DNA from: Opitutales bacterium
GTDB taxonomy: Bacteria > Verrucomicrobiota > Verrucomicrobiia > Opitutales > Opitutaceae
Length of the DNA: 64,000 nucleotides
Assembly (NCBI GenBank): GCA_038212175.1
Contig: JBBQUU010000021.1
Coordinates: forward strand, 1,969-65,968
Reading direction: 5' to 3'
Shown: positions 1 to 9,227 of the stretch, piece by piece
Numbering within the stretch: position 1 is the first letter of the stretch
Layout: each line of letters begins with the position of its first letter
Notes under the pieces: model-generated
Databases searched by the model: none
What the model was told of the DNA's origin: nothing
What the model saw: only the letters and a program-made list of their open reading frames with translations
Program-made: the position numbers and the translations under genes

Positions 1-1
1 T

Positions 2-787
2 TCTCCAGCGATGGACGTTCAGCCGGAACGGGCCGCGCAGCCGTTCATTCAATTCAACCGGCACGAGCATCCTCCCCACTTGGCGGTACGCGAGGAAGGT
101 CGTGTCGACGTGAGCTCCACGGGTGCCTCGAAAGCCATCGACCGTCAGGTGAACGCGAAACAGGCGGTCGTTGTCCGGGTGAATCCAGAGCACCACGTCA
201 TCCTGCGGTGAAAAGCCAAACCCGGGACGCAACGTGGTCAGCAAGCGACGATAGGTGACTCCGTCCTCCCGACGGTCCTCCAACCGCACAAACTCCGCGC
301 GACGCATCGCGAGAAACGACGGGCCAAGATGAAAAAGCTGGGTCGCGTCGGCGGTCATGGCGGAGGCCTCGCGCGCAGCCTCGTCGGATTGACGAAGGCC
401 GTTGGTGTAAACCTCGATGGTCTCTGGTGTGCGCACGACCTGCTTCGTTCCCTCTGGCCCGGTCCAAAACACACTGTAAAGCTGTTCAGACGGCCGAATG
501 CGTTCCTGTGAACGCTCGCGGAACGACCCATCAGCCACCAAAGGTTGGATACGCTGGACGAGAAAATCCCACGTGCCATCCACCGAGAAGTTCAGGTCCT
601 GCGCCCACTCCCGCACATCCCCGCCGTGCGCCGCCAGGCAGCGGTCGAAGATCGACTGCGCCTCGAGGCCATCGTCGAAACGAAGGGTGGAATCGGCCTG
701 CGGGAAAGACGAGCAGCCGCCGAACAGGAGCCCCGACGCCACCGCGATGATTGCCGGTGCCCGCGATATGAAAAAGGGAAAGACCAT
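2..787 (-). CDS. Putative lipoprotein, first 262 codons (runs off left edge; absent from supplied ORF track)
   Basis: Own reverse-strand reading from ATG at 787-785: MVFPFFISRAPAIIAVASGLLFGGCSSFPQADS... Signal peptide plus lipobox-like FGGC. I checked that no tta/cta/tca triplet occurs in this frame down to position 2. Confidence 0.6.
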   Translation of the reverse strand, partial: MVFPFFISRAPAIIAVASGLLFGGCSSFPQADSTLRFDDGLEAQSIFDRCLAAHGGDVREWAQDLNFSVDGTWDFLVQRIQPLVADGSFRERSQERIRPSEQLYSVFWTGPEGTKQVVRTPETIEVYTNGLRQSDEAAREASAMTADATQLFHLGPSFLAMRRAEFVRLEDRREDGVTYRRLLTTLRPGFGFSPQDDVVLWIHPDNDRLFRVHLTVDGFRGTRGAHVDTTFLAYRQVGRMLVPVELNERLRGPFRLNVHRWR

Positions 788-1025
788 GCCATACCCTGTC
801 CCCACCCGACGAAATCGCAAACGCCCGGTGGCGGCCCATCGCGACAGACTGGCCTGGCATGTCCTCCATCTCGACGGGGGCCCTCCCCGCCTACAGGGCT
901 GAGGTAGTGTAGCAGGCCCGGTCCCCGACCGGGCGCTTCCGTGATGAAACGTCAAAGTTGGACGTGAAGACAGCATCCCCCTCGGCGTGCGGCCAGGCTG
1001 ACCCCATCGCGTATTCAAGAATACA

Positions 1026-1057
1026 TTTTACAGGAGGGCGCAGAGCAGCCGCAGGGG
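1026..1057 (+). repeat. Family-B GC-rich intergenic repeat (TTACAGGAGG-N-CGCAGAG type)
   Basis: ttttacaggagggcgcagagcagccgcagggg. Related copies at 9077, 25166, 30791 (forward) and 9004, 25038, 31218 (reverse). Confidence 0.6.
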
Positions 1058-1150
1058 ACGTACCTTAACACTGGGCGCCACAGACGTCCTTCGTCCTTCG
1101 GGTGGGGCAATTTCAGGAGAAGCATCCTGCTCATCTACAGCATTCTTTTT

Positions 1151-1756
1151 GTGTTCACTCCGTTCCTGGTGCTGGCCCTGAGAAAGTACCGCGGCGGAGC
1201 CATGGTTGGACTCATCGGACTGGCATGGGGAGCGTGGGCTCTCTTTCACCGAACGGACCAGTCCAGTTTTACGCTCTCCTTCCTCTTCGGGCTCGGTGAC
1301 GAGTTCGGCCCCAGCATCCTGCAGGGATTGACGTTCGTCGTTCTCGGCTACGCGCTGGGCACCCCTTCGTGGCAGCGAAGCGGGCGGGTGATGGCTCTGG
1401 TGCTGCCCGGTGCGGCGCTGCTGGTTCTCGCCCATCAAGTCTTGAACAGCGGAGTGGGCGGAGTGATCGGCGGGGTCAGCACGCTGGATTTGAGGCAGGA
1501 CAACCATCCCTACTTTTATGCCTTCGGGATCATCGCAGCCCTCGCTTTGCTTGGATTCGCGCGGCTCATCACCCCGCAGGGGCCGCCGCGGTTCGACGTC
1601 AGCTATTTCCATGCGCTCGGAGCCAAATCGATCTTTGCGTATGGCTTCGGCAACATGGTGCTCAACCTCATGCCGCGTCTGGATCGTCGTTGGGGTGGGG
1701 GTCGGCGCTTTCCGTGGGGTTTCTGGTCGCGCTCGCGGCGCTGCCGGCGGATGTAG
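1151..1756 (+). CDS. Hypothetical polytopic membrane protein (3-prime end uncertain, possible frameshift)
   Basis: 201-aa ORF with several hydrophobic segments (LIGLAWGAWALF, FVVLGYALG, MALVLPGAALLVLA, FGIIAALALLGFA). The Arg-rich tail RRWGGGRRFPWGFWSRSRRCRRM looks out of frame, while another frame continues hydrophobic (SALSVGFLVALAALPA). Confidence 0.4.
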   Translation: MFTPFLVLALRKYRGGAMVGLIGLAWGAWALFHRTDQSSFTLSFLFGLGDEFGPSILQGLTFVVLGYALGTPSWQRSGRVMALVLPGAALLVLAHQVLNSGVGGVIGGVSTLDLRQDNHPYFYAFGIIAALALLGFARLITPQGPPRFDVSYFHALGAKSIFAYGFGNMVLNLMPRLDRRWGGGRRFPWGFWSRSRRCRRM

Positions 1757-1862
1757 GTCGGTCGCAACCGCGGGTCTTCGGACGCTTCGCCACGGCGATC
1801 CGGTGGGTGATCGCGTGGCTGAGTTCGTGGCAAAAGCACGGGCGGCGGCTGCTTCCATTTTG

Positions 1863-1925
1863 AACCACGGATTGCAGGATGATACGGATACAGAGGGAGA
1901 AGTCCGGAGCGCCGCGTGGGGCACG
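1863..1925 (+). repeat. Repeat R1 (63 nt), left flank of GT39-like gene
   Basis: aaccacggattgcaggatgatacggatacagagggagaagtccggagcgccgcgtggggcacg. Near-identical 64-nt copy at 3666-3729. Confidence 0.85.
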
Positions 1926-2003
1926 CGGCCTACACGACCGGGGAGAACCTTGTTTTTAATGACAGATGTTCAACCACAGATGCGCCCAGCGGAGACGGGA
2001 CGG

Positions 2004-3509
2004 TCAGGGTGCGCGGGCGAACAGATAGGCGCCGGCGCCGGGGACTTTGTGCGCCTTGATGGGGACGTAGCCCAAGTCACGCTCGATTTTCGCAAGCAGG
2101 TCCGGCACCACCTGATCCCTGTGCGCCGTGAGCACCCAGAACCGGGGTGCCGTGGTCAAGCGGCTGATTTCACGGACGGCGATGTCAAGGTCGGGCGCGG
2201 TCATTGGGGTGGTTCGTTCGCGGGCGCCAGGCCCCCAGACGCGGTGGTCGCCGCCGAAGTCGTAATGCGCGGAGACATCCTCATGCGCCGACCGGTAGAA
2301 GCGCAGGGAAGGTTGCGCGTGGTGAATGACATGGACGGGTTCGTCGGCTTGCCGATGCTCCACCAGATAGTGGATGGTTTCACGCGCGTTCGGGACCAGA
2401 ATGGGTGAGGTGGAGCGTCGGATTTGCCCGAAAGCGGAGAAGAGCAGGAGTAGAACGGCCAGTGCCCGCGGCACTGTCATCCAGCTGGTGCGCGGGCCGG
2501 CCAGGCTGAGGCCGCCCGCGGCGAGGAGAAGGGCCGGCAGGAAAAGAAACAAGGTCAAGCGCCCGTGAAACGGGGCCAGGCCGGCCAGCACGGCGAGGCC
2601 GAAGCACGCGATCGCCGTGACCGACGCGAGCAGCGCGGGGTTGCGGGTGCGCAACGCCGCGACCACCCCCGCGAGCCCGAGACCGGCGAAGACCACCTTG
2701 AAGAGACCGCTGTAGCCCAGATAGCCGAGGTATTCGTTCAGCAGGAGGTACCAGGCGCGCAGTCCCTCGGCCGAGACGGGCGGGGGCGGATAGGCGAAGG
2801 CCCAGAACTGCCGCATGAACGGATTCGTGGAGGCGGGGTGGATGAAGACGAGGTAATTGACGGCAAAGAGAGCGCCCCAGGCGCCGCCGCCGACCAGGAG
2901 GGCGCGCCAGGAAAGCATGAGGCTGCCGCGGACCTTGGCGAACAGGGCGGTGAGACCCGCCCCGGCGAGGACGAAAGGGGCGGTGTGTGAGGCAAAGAGG
3001 ACGATGGCACCCGCCAGCCACAGCCACGCGAAACGCCGGCTCGCGTCGCTGCGGCCGGAGTGAAGCCTCGCCGTCAGGTGCAGCACGAGCACGCTCGCGA
3101 GGATCTCGAAGGAATACTGCTTGAACTCCTGGGCGTAGTAAACCAACTGATACGCAAAGGCCGCCGCTGCCACGGCCACGGGGACGGCCCACGGCGTGAG
3201 GCAGGTCCGGGCCAGCCGCCAGAAGAGGACGAGCGTGGCGAGGGAGGCGGCGAGCGGAAGCAGGCGCAGGACCCGCTCGTCGTACCCGAAGAGGGAGGTG
3301 ATGAGGTCGGTGCCGGCCAAGAAGAGGTAGGGCGCGCTCTGATTGTACTCCAACGGTTGGAGCAGGCCGCCCAGGCCGCGCGTCTGCACGTTGACGGCGA
3401 GGAAGGCCTCATCCACCCAAAGGCCGCGGCCGAGGCTCCACTGGTAAAGTCGGAGTCCGGCGCCCCCGGCGAGGAAGGCGATGCTGGCGAGATCAAGCCA
3501 GCGGCGCAC
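2004..3509 (-). CDS. Glycosyltransferase family 39 / ArnT-PMT_2-like membrane glycosyltransferase
   Basis: 501 aa with many TM segments. N-terminus MRRWLDLASIAFLAGGAGLRLYQWSLGRGLWVDEAFLAVN... is typical of ArnT-like lipid-carrier-dependent glycosyltransferases, followed by a soluble C-terminal tail. Confidence 0.7.
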   Translation of the reverse strand: MRRWLDLASIAFLAGGAGLRLYQWSLGRGLWVDEAFLAVNVQTRGLGGLLQPLEYNQSAPYLFLAGTDLITSLFGYDERVLRLLPLAASLATLVLFWRLARTCLTPWAVPVAVAAAAFAYQLVYYAQEFKQYSFEILASVLVLHLTARLHSGRSDASRRFAWLWLAGAIVLFASHTAPFVLAGAGLTALFAKVRGSLMLSWRALLVGGGAWGALFAVNYLVFIHPASTNPFMRQFWAFAYPPPPVSAEGLRAWYLLLNEYLGYLGYSGLFKVVFAGLGLAGVVAALRTRNPALLASVTAIACFGLAVLAGLAPFHGRLTLFLFLPALLLAAGGLSLAGPRTSWMTVPRALAVLLLLFSAFGQIRRSTSPILVPNARETIHYLVEHRQADEPVHVIHHAQPSLRFYRSAHEDVSAHYDFGGDHRVWGPGARERTTPMTAPDLDIAVREISRLTTAPRFWVLTAHRDQVVPDLLAKIERDLGYVPIKAHKVPGAGAYLFARAP

Positions 3510-3665
3510 GACGGTAGGGTGATGGTGGCATGCGCTGGGTTTTAGACTATCGTGTGGTTAAACGAGGATTGGAACTCGGCTATCGTTTAACCTGAGCCGA
3601 TTCAGTTCAACCACAGATAAACCCAGAGCGGCTCCGCCACCGTTTCGCAGCAAGGCATTTTGTTT

Positions 3666-3729
3666 AACCACGGATTGCAGGTATGGCACGGATACGGAGG
3701 GAGAAGTCCGGAGCGCCGCGTGGGGCACG
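3666..3729 (+). repeat. Repeat R1-prime, right flank of GT39-like gene
   Basis: aaccacggattgcaggtatggcacggatacggagggagaagtccggagcgccgcgtggggcacg. Same orientation as 1863-1925. Confidence 0.85.
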
Positions 3730-3806
3730 TACGGATTCTTGCAGGCCGCGTGCCCCGCCAAAAGCGGGCAAGCCCCACGCGGCGGTTCGGACGCCCGGTA
3801 GGGGAA

Positions 3807-3843
3807 CCGGACCTGCAGAACCGCGGTCGGCGCCCGCGGCTAC
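3807..3843 (-). repeat. Family-A hairpin repeat, single inverted copy
   Basis: ccggacctgcagaaccgcggtcggcgcccgcggctac is the reverse complement of the gtagccgcgggcgccgaccgcgg unit seen in tandem at 8850 and 14089. Confidence 0.7.
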
Positions 3844-3908
3844 CGGGGACGTCTGTGTCTCCAAGGCGGAAACCTTCGCGAATGTTACTGGAGATGCCGT
3901 CCCGCCCT

Positions 3909-4871
3909 TCACAGGCGTTTCGCCCAACGGCCGGCGAGCACTCCGCAGATGATCAGTTGCAGCGGATGGTAGATCATGATCGGGAGCAAAATCAGCCCGA
4001 TGCCCGGGTGCGCTCCAAAGATCAGCTGCGCCATGGGCACCCCTGACGCCAGGGTTTTCTTGGATCCGCAAAACACCGCGGCGATGCGGTCCTCCACCGG
4101 AAAGCCGAGCAGGTCACACACGGCGCCCACGATCGCCATCACGACGAAGAACAGAATCGCAGCCCCCGCCACCGTGAGCGCTATCATGCCCCAGCCGTGG
4201 TCGGACCACACGCCTTCCTTCATCGAGTCGCAGAAGGACGTATAGACCAGCACGAGAATCGTTGCGCGATCGATCGTACCGATCCGTTTCCTGTGGCGCC
4301 CGGCGAACGCGCCGAACAACGGCCGGCAGAGCTGGCCCACGACGAGCGGCAGGATAAGCCAGAGGACGAGATCGAGGATCACCGGGCCCAACGCCATGCC
4401 CTGCCCGCCCGATTTCAGCAGCAATCCTATCCACAGCGGCGTGAGGAACACCCCAATCAGGCTCGAAAGCGTTGCGTTGAACACCGCCGCCGGCACGTTG
4501 CCGCGCGCCGCCGCAGTCAGGGCAACCGACGACGAGACCGTCGACGGCAGCACACACAGATAAAATACGCCCAGCCGCAGGTCGTCCGAGAGCCCGGAAC
4601 CGACCGTATTGAGAAAAACCAGGCCGATCAGCGGAAAGAGCAGAAAGGTGGAAAGCTGCACCACCAGATGCAGGCGCCATTGCAACGTGCCCGCCTTCAG
4701 CGCGGCGAACGAGAGCGCCACGCCATGCATGAAGAAAATCAACGCCACGCCCGCTTTCGTCAGGATTTCTGGATACAGCCAGCCGCCCCGCGCCCCAGGC
4801 TCAGGAAAGAGCCAGGCCAGCGCGACGGCCGCCGCCATCCCCAGCAGGAACCAATCGAGTTTCAGTTTCAT
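3909..4871 (-). CDS. Bile acid:sodium symporter (BASS/YfeH-like) family transporter
   Basis: 320 aa, about 10 TM segments. MKLKLDWFLLGMAAAVALAWLFPEPG...ALIFFMHGVALS...VLPSTVSSSVALTAAARGNVPAAVFNATLSSLIGVFLTP is typical of the SBF-like family. Confidence 0.8.
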   Translation of the reverse strand: MKLKLDWFLLGMAAAVALAWLFPEPGARGGWLYPEILTKAGVALIFFMHGVALSFAALKAGTLQWRLHLVVQLSTFLLFPLIGLVFLNTVGSGLSDDLRLGVFYLCVLPSTVSSSVALTAAARGNVPAAVFNATLSSLIGVFLTPLWIGLLLKSGGQGMALGPVILDLVLWLILPLVVGQLCRPLFGAFAGRHRKRIGTIDRATILVLVYTSFCDSMKEGVWSDHGWGMIALTVAGAAILFFVVMAIVGAVCDLLGFPVEDRIAAVFCGSKKTLASGVPMAQLIFGAHPGIGLILLPIMIYHPLQLIICGVLAGRWAKRL

Positions 4872-4884
4872 GCGCGCAATCTTT

Positions 4885-6480
4885 TCACGGTTTGGAAGCC
4901 GGTCGAACGCGACGGGTAAGCAGCGCCATGAGTTCGTGGCGGCCTTCGATCTTCAGCGCCCAAAGTACGCCACCATAGACCGCCACACCCAGGGGAATGA
5001 GGATCGCCAGAGCCCCGGCGTCCGCCCAGCCGCCGCGTCCGGCCCACATCGACCAACTTCTCCACCCCAGCCACACCGCCCCGCCCATCGCCGCCGCCGC
5101 AACCAACACGCGACCGACGCTGGGCCAGATCGCCCCAAACCCGAGGGAGCCGCGTTTGCGGGTGAGGAAATATTGCAGGTGCACCGCCTGCACGACCACC
5201 GCGAGGTTGCTGGCCAGTGCAAGTCCCACGGTGCCGAACCGACGCATCAGCGCGATGCTCAGGGCAACGTTGACGACGAAACTCAGCAAGGCCGCCCACA
5301 CCGGAGTCATCGTGTCCTTCTGCGCATAGTAGGCGCGAAGAACGAGGTTCACGAACGAGAAGAAGGGCAGCCCGAACGCGAACACCGCCACCACCGGGAT
5401 CATCATCTGCGTATCCTCCGGACGAAACGCGCCGCGCTGGAACAGCAGGCGGATCACGGGTTCGGCCAACACCGTCAGCCCAACGGCTGCGGGAATGTTG
5501 ATGATCAAAATGAGACGCATGCCCTGCCGGTACGCCGAGGTGAGATTCTGCCAGTCGCCCTGCGCCGCGTACCGCGAGATCAGCGGAAACACGACGGTCG
5601 ACACCGCCACCGCGAAGACTCCGATGGGCAACTCCATCAGGCGCGTGGCAAGGTTCAGCACGGCCGCCGCCTGATCGTTCACGGACAATCCCATGAGCCG
5701 CGACACCGACATGTTGATCAAATACACGGCCGAGCCAAACACGGTCGGTCCCATCAGTCTCATGATCGCCCTGATCTGCGGACTCAAACGCAGGTCGAAG
5801 GCCGGGCGCCATCCTTCGCGCATGAGCACCCAGGCCGGTACCGCCATTTGCAGAAAGCCGCCCACCAGCACGCCGGAGCAAAGCCAGCGCATCCGGGCAT
5901 CGTCGCCGTCCGCCCATCCGAGGTATGCCGCCCCTCCGAGCATCGAGATCATCGCCACGTTGAGCCAGACGGGCGAAAGGGCCGGCTCGAGGAAGCGATT
6001 CAGCGTTTGCAGCGCCGCGCTGAAAACCGCGGCCAGACACACGAAAATCATGTACGGAAACAAGAACGCCGCGAGTTCCGCCCCCGCCAGCCACCGCGCC
6101 ACGGTCGACGCTTCCGCGCCCCACCCGCGCATCTGCGCCTCAAGAAAATCCGTCCTGCCCAAGACCCACACGGCCACGCCCACGAGCGCGGTGGTGGCCA
6201 CAAGCAGCCAGCTCGCCACCTGGCTCACGAGCACAAAGGCTCCGGCGCGTTGCCTTTGCGTGAGCTCCTCGTTGAGCGTCGGCACGAAGGCCGCCGTGAG
6301 CGCACCCTCGCCCAGCAGGCGCCGAAAGAGGTTGGGCAGCGTGAAAGCCGTCACGAACGCCGATGCCAGCGCGGTCGTGCCAAACACCGCGCTCAGCAAC
6401 ATATCCCGCCCGAGCCCGAGCACGCGCGACACGAGGGTGACGGTCGCGACGACGCTGATGTTCCGAAGGCTCTTGGACAC
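4885..6480 (-). CDS. murJ: Lipid II flippase MurJ
   Basis: 531 aa. The N-terminus VSRVLGLGRDMLLSAVFGTTALASAFVTAFTLPNLFRRLLGEGALTAAFVPTLNEE is characteristic of MurJ/MviN. Confidence 0.9.
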   Translation of the reverse strand: MSKSLRNISVVATVTLVSRVLGLGRDMLLSAVFGTTALASAFVTAFTLPNLFRRLLGEGALTAAFVPTLNEELTQRQRAGAFVLVSQVASWLLVATTALVGVAVWVLGRTDFLEAQMRGWGAEASTVARWLAGAELAAFLFPYMIFVCLAAVFSAALQTLNRFLEPALSPVWLNVAMISMLGGAAYLGWADGDDARMRWLCSGVLVGGFLQMAVPAWVLMREGWRPAFDLRLSPQIRAIMRLMGPTVFGSAVYLINMSVSRLMGLSVNDQAAAVLNLATRLMELPIGVFAVAVSTVVFPLISRYAAQGDWQNLTSAYRQGMRLILIINIPAAVGLTVLAEPVIRLLFQRGAFRPEDTQMMIPVVAVFAFGLPFFSFVNLVLRAYYAQKDTMTPVWAALLSFVVNVALSIALMRRFGTVGLALASNLAVVVQAVHLQYFLTRKRGSLGFGAIWPSVGRVLVAAAAMGGAVWLGWRSWSMWAGRGGWADAGALAILIPLGVAVYGGVLWALKIEGRHELMALLTRRVRPASKP

Positions 6481-6582
6481 GGCCGTTGTTCTCGCCGTCC
6501 GTCCGCCGGCTTACAAGTTAAGTTATTCACCGGGCATGGCATTGACGATGCTTCGGCTCGTCCGCACCGTGACGTCCTCGCC

Positions 6583-7614
6583 ATGTCTCTCGTCCCGAAA
6601 CTCACCGAAAAACTTCAGCGCCACCCCAAGCGAATCGTTTTTCCCGAAGGTGCCGACCCACGCATCCTTCAGGCCGCCCGCCAGTGGGTGACCCGCCGCA
6701 TGGGCGTGCCGATTCTGCTCGGCGACCGCGCCGCCATCAAGGCCACCGCCAGCCGGTTGGATCTCAACCTTCAAGGCATGCGGTTGATCGAACCCGATCG
6801 GAGCGAGGATCTGGACAACTTTGCCCACCAGTTGGCGGAGCTTCGCCGCGATAAGGGCATGACGCTCGCCGACGCGCGCGACGCGGTGCGTCAAAACAAC
6901 TATTTCGCCACCATGATGCTGGCCGGCAGCCAGGCCGATGCGATCGTCTCGGGCGCCACCGTCACGGCGTCCAGCGCCCTTCGCCCGCTCTTCCAGATCA
7001 TTCCGCGGCTCGCGCACGTTCAGACCGCGTCGTCGCTCATGATTCTCGACTTCGACGAGAGCAAGGTCGGCAGCGAGGGATCGCTCTTCCTCGCCGACTG
7101 CGGCGTCATTCCAGAACCGACCGCCGAGCAGCTTTCCGACATCGCCGTGTCCACCGCGATGATTGCCCAGCATCTCACCAACGAGATTCCGCGGGTTGCA
7201 ATGTTGAGCTACGCCACGCGCAGCACCTCAAATCATCCCTCGCTGGTCAAAGTTCGCGCCGCCACCGAGCTTGCCCGCGCCAAGGCCGCCACCGCCGGGC
7301 TAGTCATGGAAATCGACGGCGAGATCCAGGTCGACGCCGCCCTCGACACGGTCGCCGCCAGCATGAAGAACGTCACGAGTCCCGTCGGCGGTCACGCCAA
7401 TGTACTCGTGTTCCCGGACCTCAACTGCGGCAACATTGCCTTCAAGCTCGTGCAGGCCCTCGCCGGCGCGAATGCCTTCGGCCAGATCCTCACCGGACTA
7501 AGCCGGCCCGCCGCCGAAATCAGCCGCGGGGCCAGCGCGCACGATGTCTTTGGCGCCGCGGCCGTCGTCGGCTGTCAGGCCATCGACCAGCGCCTATTGT
7601 TCGGAACGAGCTAA
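6583..7614 (+). CDS. pta: Phosphate acetyltransferase, catalytic PTA_PTB domain only
   Basis: Last 343 codons of the 4609..7614 ORF, starting at ATG 6583 (MSLVPKLTEKLQRHPKRIVFPEGADPRILQAA...ANVLVFPDLNCGNIAFKLVQ). The upstream two thirds of that ORF is antisense to murJ. Confidence 0.85.
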   Translation: MSLVPKLTEKLQRHPKRIVFPEGADPRILQAARQWVTRRMGVPILLGDRAAIKATASRLDLNLQGMRLIEPDRSEDLDNFAHQLAELRRDKGMTLADARDAVRQNNYFATMMLAGSQADAIVSGATVTASSALRPLFQIIPRLAHVQTASSLMILDFDESKVGSEGSLFLADCGVIPEPTAEQLSDIAVSTAMIAQHLTNEIPRVAMLSYATRSTSNHPSLVKVRAATELARAKAATAGLVMEIDGEIQVDAALDTVAASMKNVTSPVGGHANVLVFPDLNCGNIAFKLVQALAGANAFGQILTGLSRPAAEISRGASAHDVFGAAAVVGCQAIDQRLLFGTS

Positions 7615-7649
7615 AGTCCGTAAGCAACGCCCCGTCGTCCCATCCCGCC

Positions 7650-8834
7650 ATGGATTCCCGACCCGTTCCTCCTCCGCACCACGGTACGCGCAATCCGTTC
7701 GCCCTGCCCGAGCTCCCGCTGCTGACCGCACCGACCAATACGCAGACCAAGCGTCTTTTCGTCGCGGCCACGCGCATGAACGATGGCAAGACCACGACGT
7801 GCCTCGGTCTCTACGCCGCCCTTCAGTCCATTCACCGGCACATCGGCTTCATCAAACCCGTCGGGCAGCGCTTCGTGCAGGTGCAGGGACATCAGGTCGA
7901 CGAAGATTCGTACCTGCTCGACACGATCTACGACGTGCATGTGCCGATCGAGAGCATGAGTCCCGTCACGGTCGACTCCATGTTCACCCGCCGCTTCCTG
8001 AAGACGCCCGGCCCCATGCTCGCGCAACTGGAGGACAAGATCTGCCGCGCCTTTGATCGCGTGTCATGGGAGAAGAACTTCACTCTGATCGAAGGCACGG
8101 GCCACGCGGGAGTCGGCTCGGTCTTCGATCTCTCCAACGCCCGCGTCGCCCGGCTGTTGAAGGCCAAGGTCGTCATGGTGTGCCCGGGTGGAATCGGACG
8201 TCCCGTCGACGAGATCGCGTTGAACAAGGCGCTCTTCGACCAGGAAGGCGTCGAGGTCATCGGCGCGATCCTCAACAAGGTTGAGCCCGAAAAAATCCCG
8301 ACGGTCGCCGAGTACGCCGGCCTCGGCCTCGCCCGCCTCGGTGTGCCGCTGCTCGGCGTTCTGCCGGTGCAGAAAATGTTGTCCGCCCCCAACCTTTCCC
8401 AAATCGCCTTGGAGATCGACGGTCAGTGGATCAACGCGCGGGAACGCGGACTCAACCAGCGCGTCAACCGCGTCGTCATCGGCGCGATGACCGCGAAGGG
8501 CATCATCGATTTTCTCGAACCCGGCACGCTCATCATCACCCCCGGCGACCGCGACGACATCGTGCTCGCGGCGATTTCAAACGCCCGCCAGGCCGGCGAA
8601 ACCATCGCCGGCCTCGTGCTCACCAACAACCTCAAGCCCCACGGCAAGCTCCGCGACTTTCTTTCCGAGACCCAAATTCCCGTCATCTCCACGGGCGAGG
8701 AAAGCTATGCGGTTACGTCGAAGATCCACGGCATGACGGTCAAGACCCAGCCGCAGGACACCGACAAGATCCCCGTGATCAAGCGCCTCATCATGGAGCA
8801 CGTCGACATGAAGGCCCTGCTCGGCGCGCTCTAG
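7650..8834 (+). CDS. Pta N-terminal-like protein (BioD/CobQ-like P-loop domain + DRTGG domain) encoded as a separate gene
   Basis: 394 aa. KRLFVAATRMNDGKTTTCLGL (P-loop-like), IEGTGHAGVGSVFDLSNA, and LIITPGDRDDIVLAA (DRTGG-type). Confidence 0.65.
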   Translation: MDSRPVPPPHHGTRNPFALPELPLLTAPTNTQTKRLFVAATRMNDGKTTTCLGLYAALQSIHRHIGFIKPVGQRFVQVQGHQVDEDSYLLDTIYDVHVPIESMSPVTVDSMFTRRFLKTPGPMLAQLEDKICRAFDRVSWEKNFTLIEGTGHAGVGSVFDLSNARVARLLKAKVVMVCPGGIGRPVDEIALNKALFDQEGVEVIGAILNKVEPEKIPTVAEYAGLGLARLGVPLLGVLPVQKMLSAPNLSQIALEIDGQWINARERGLNQRVNRVVIGAMTAKGIIDFLEPGTLIITPGDRDDIVLAAISNARQAGETIAGLVLTNNLKPHGKLRDFLSETQIPVISTGEESYAVTSKIHGMTVKTQPQDTDKIPVIKRLIMEHVDMKALLGAL

Positions 8835-8849
8835 GTCCAATTAATTTCT

Positions 8850-8945
8850 GTTGTAGCCGCGGGCGCCGACCGCGGTCCGGTGGCGTTGTTGTAGCCGCGG
8901 GCGCCGACCGCGGTCCGTTGCCTATTGTTGTCGCCGCGTGCCCCG
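8850..8945 (+). repeat. Family-A tandem repeat, 2 full + 1 degenerate unit (~38-bp period)
   Basis: ttgtagccgcgggcgccgaccgcggtccg occurs twice, then tgttgtcgccgcgtgccccgcc. Each unit has two CCGCGG arms able to pair around GCGCCGA. Confidence 0.85.
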
Positions 8946-9003
8946 CCAAAAGCCGGGTAAACCCGCCAGAGACGAGCAAGCCCAACCGCCCCCCCGCATC
9001 CCA

Positions 9004-9107
9004 CTCTCCGCGCTCTCCGCGCCCTCCTGTAAAACCTGCTTGGTGGCATCGCTCGATCATCGGATCACAAGCCGTTCTCACAGGAGGTCGCAGAGAGCGC
9101 AGAGCTC
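9004..9107. repeat. Family-B repeat pair (reverse copy 9004-9034, forward copy 9077-9107)
   Basis: ctctccgcgctctccgcgccctcctgtaaaa ... ctcacaggaggtcgcagagagcgcagagctc. The inner segment contains ctcgatcatcgg, the reverse complement of the ccgatgatcgag core at 25137-25148. Confidence 0.6.
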
Positions 9108-9227
9108 GAACCCAGCATTCCTGAAACGGAGATCAACCCGCTTGGCTCCGCCGTGCGCAATTGATAGAAGTGGTTCGTAAAATGCCCCAGGCTGCTCCGG
9201 CTCGAAACCAAAAAAAAGGGCCGCGAA

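Noticed and set aside
4609-7614. A 1001-aa ORF, the longest in the track.
   Set aside because: The first ~658 codons are antisense to murJ and read as Arg/His/Pro-rich low-complexity sequence, which is typical of spurious frames in high-GC DNA. Only the last 343 codons (from ATG 6583) are pta.
9100-9115. gagctcgaaccc resembling a tRNA T-arm/acceptor end.
   Set aside because: It is part of the family-B repeat. No cloverleaf can be built from the flanking sequence, and there is no GGTTCGAA-type T-loop.
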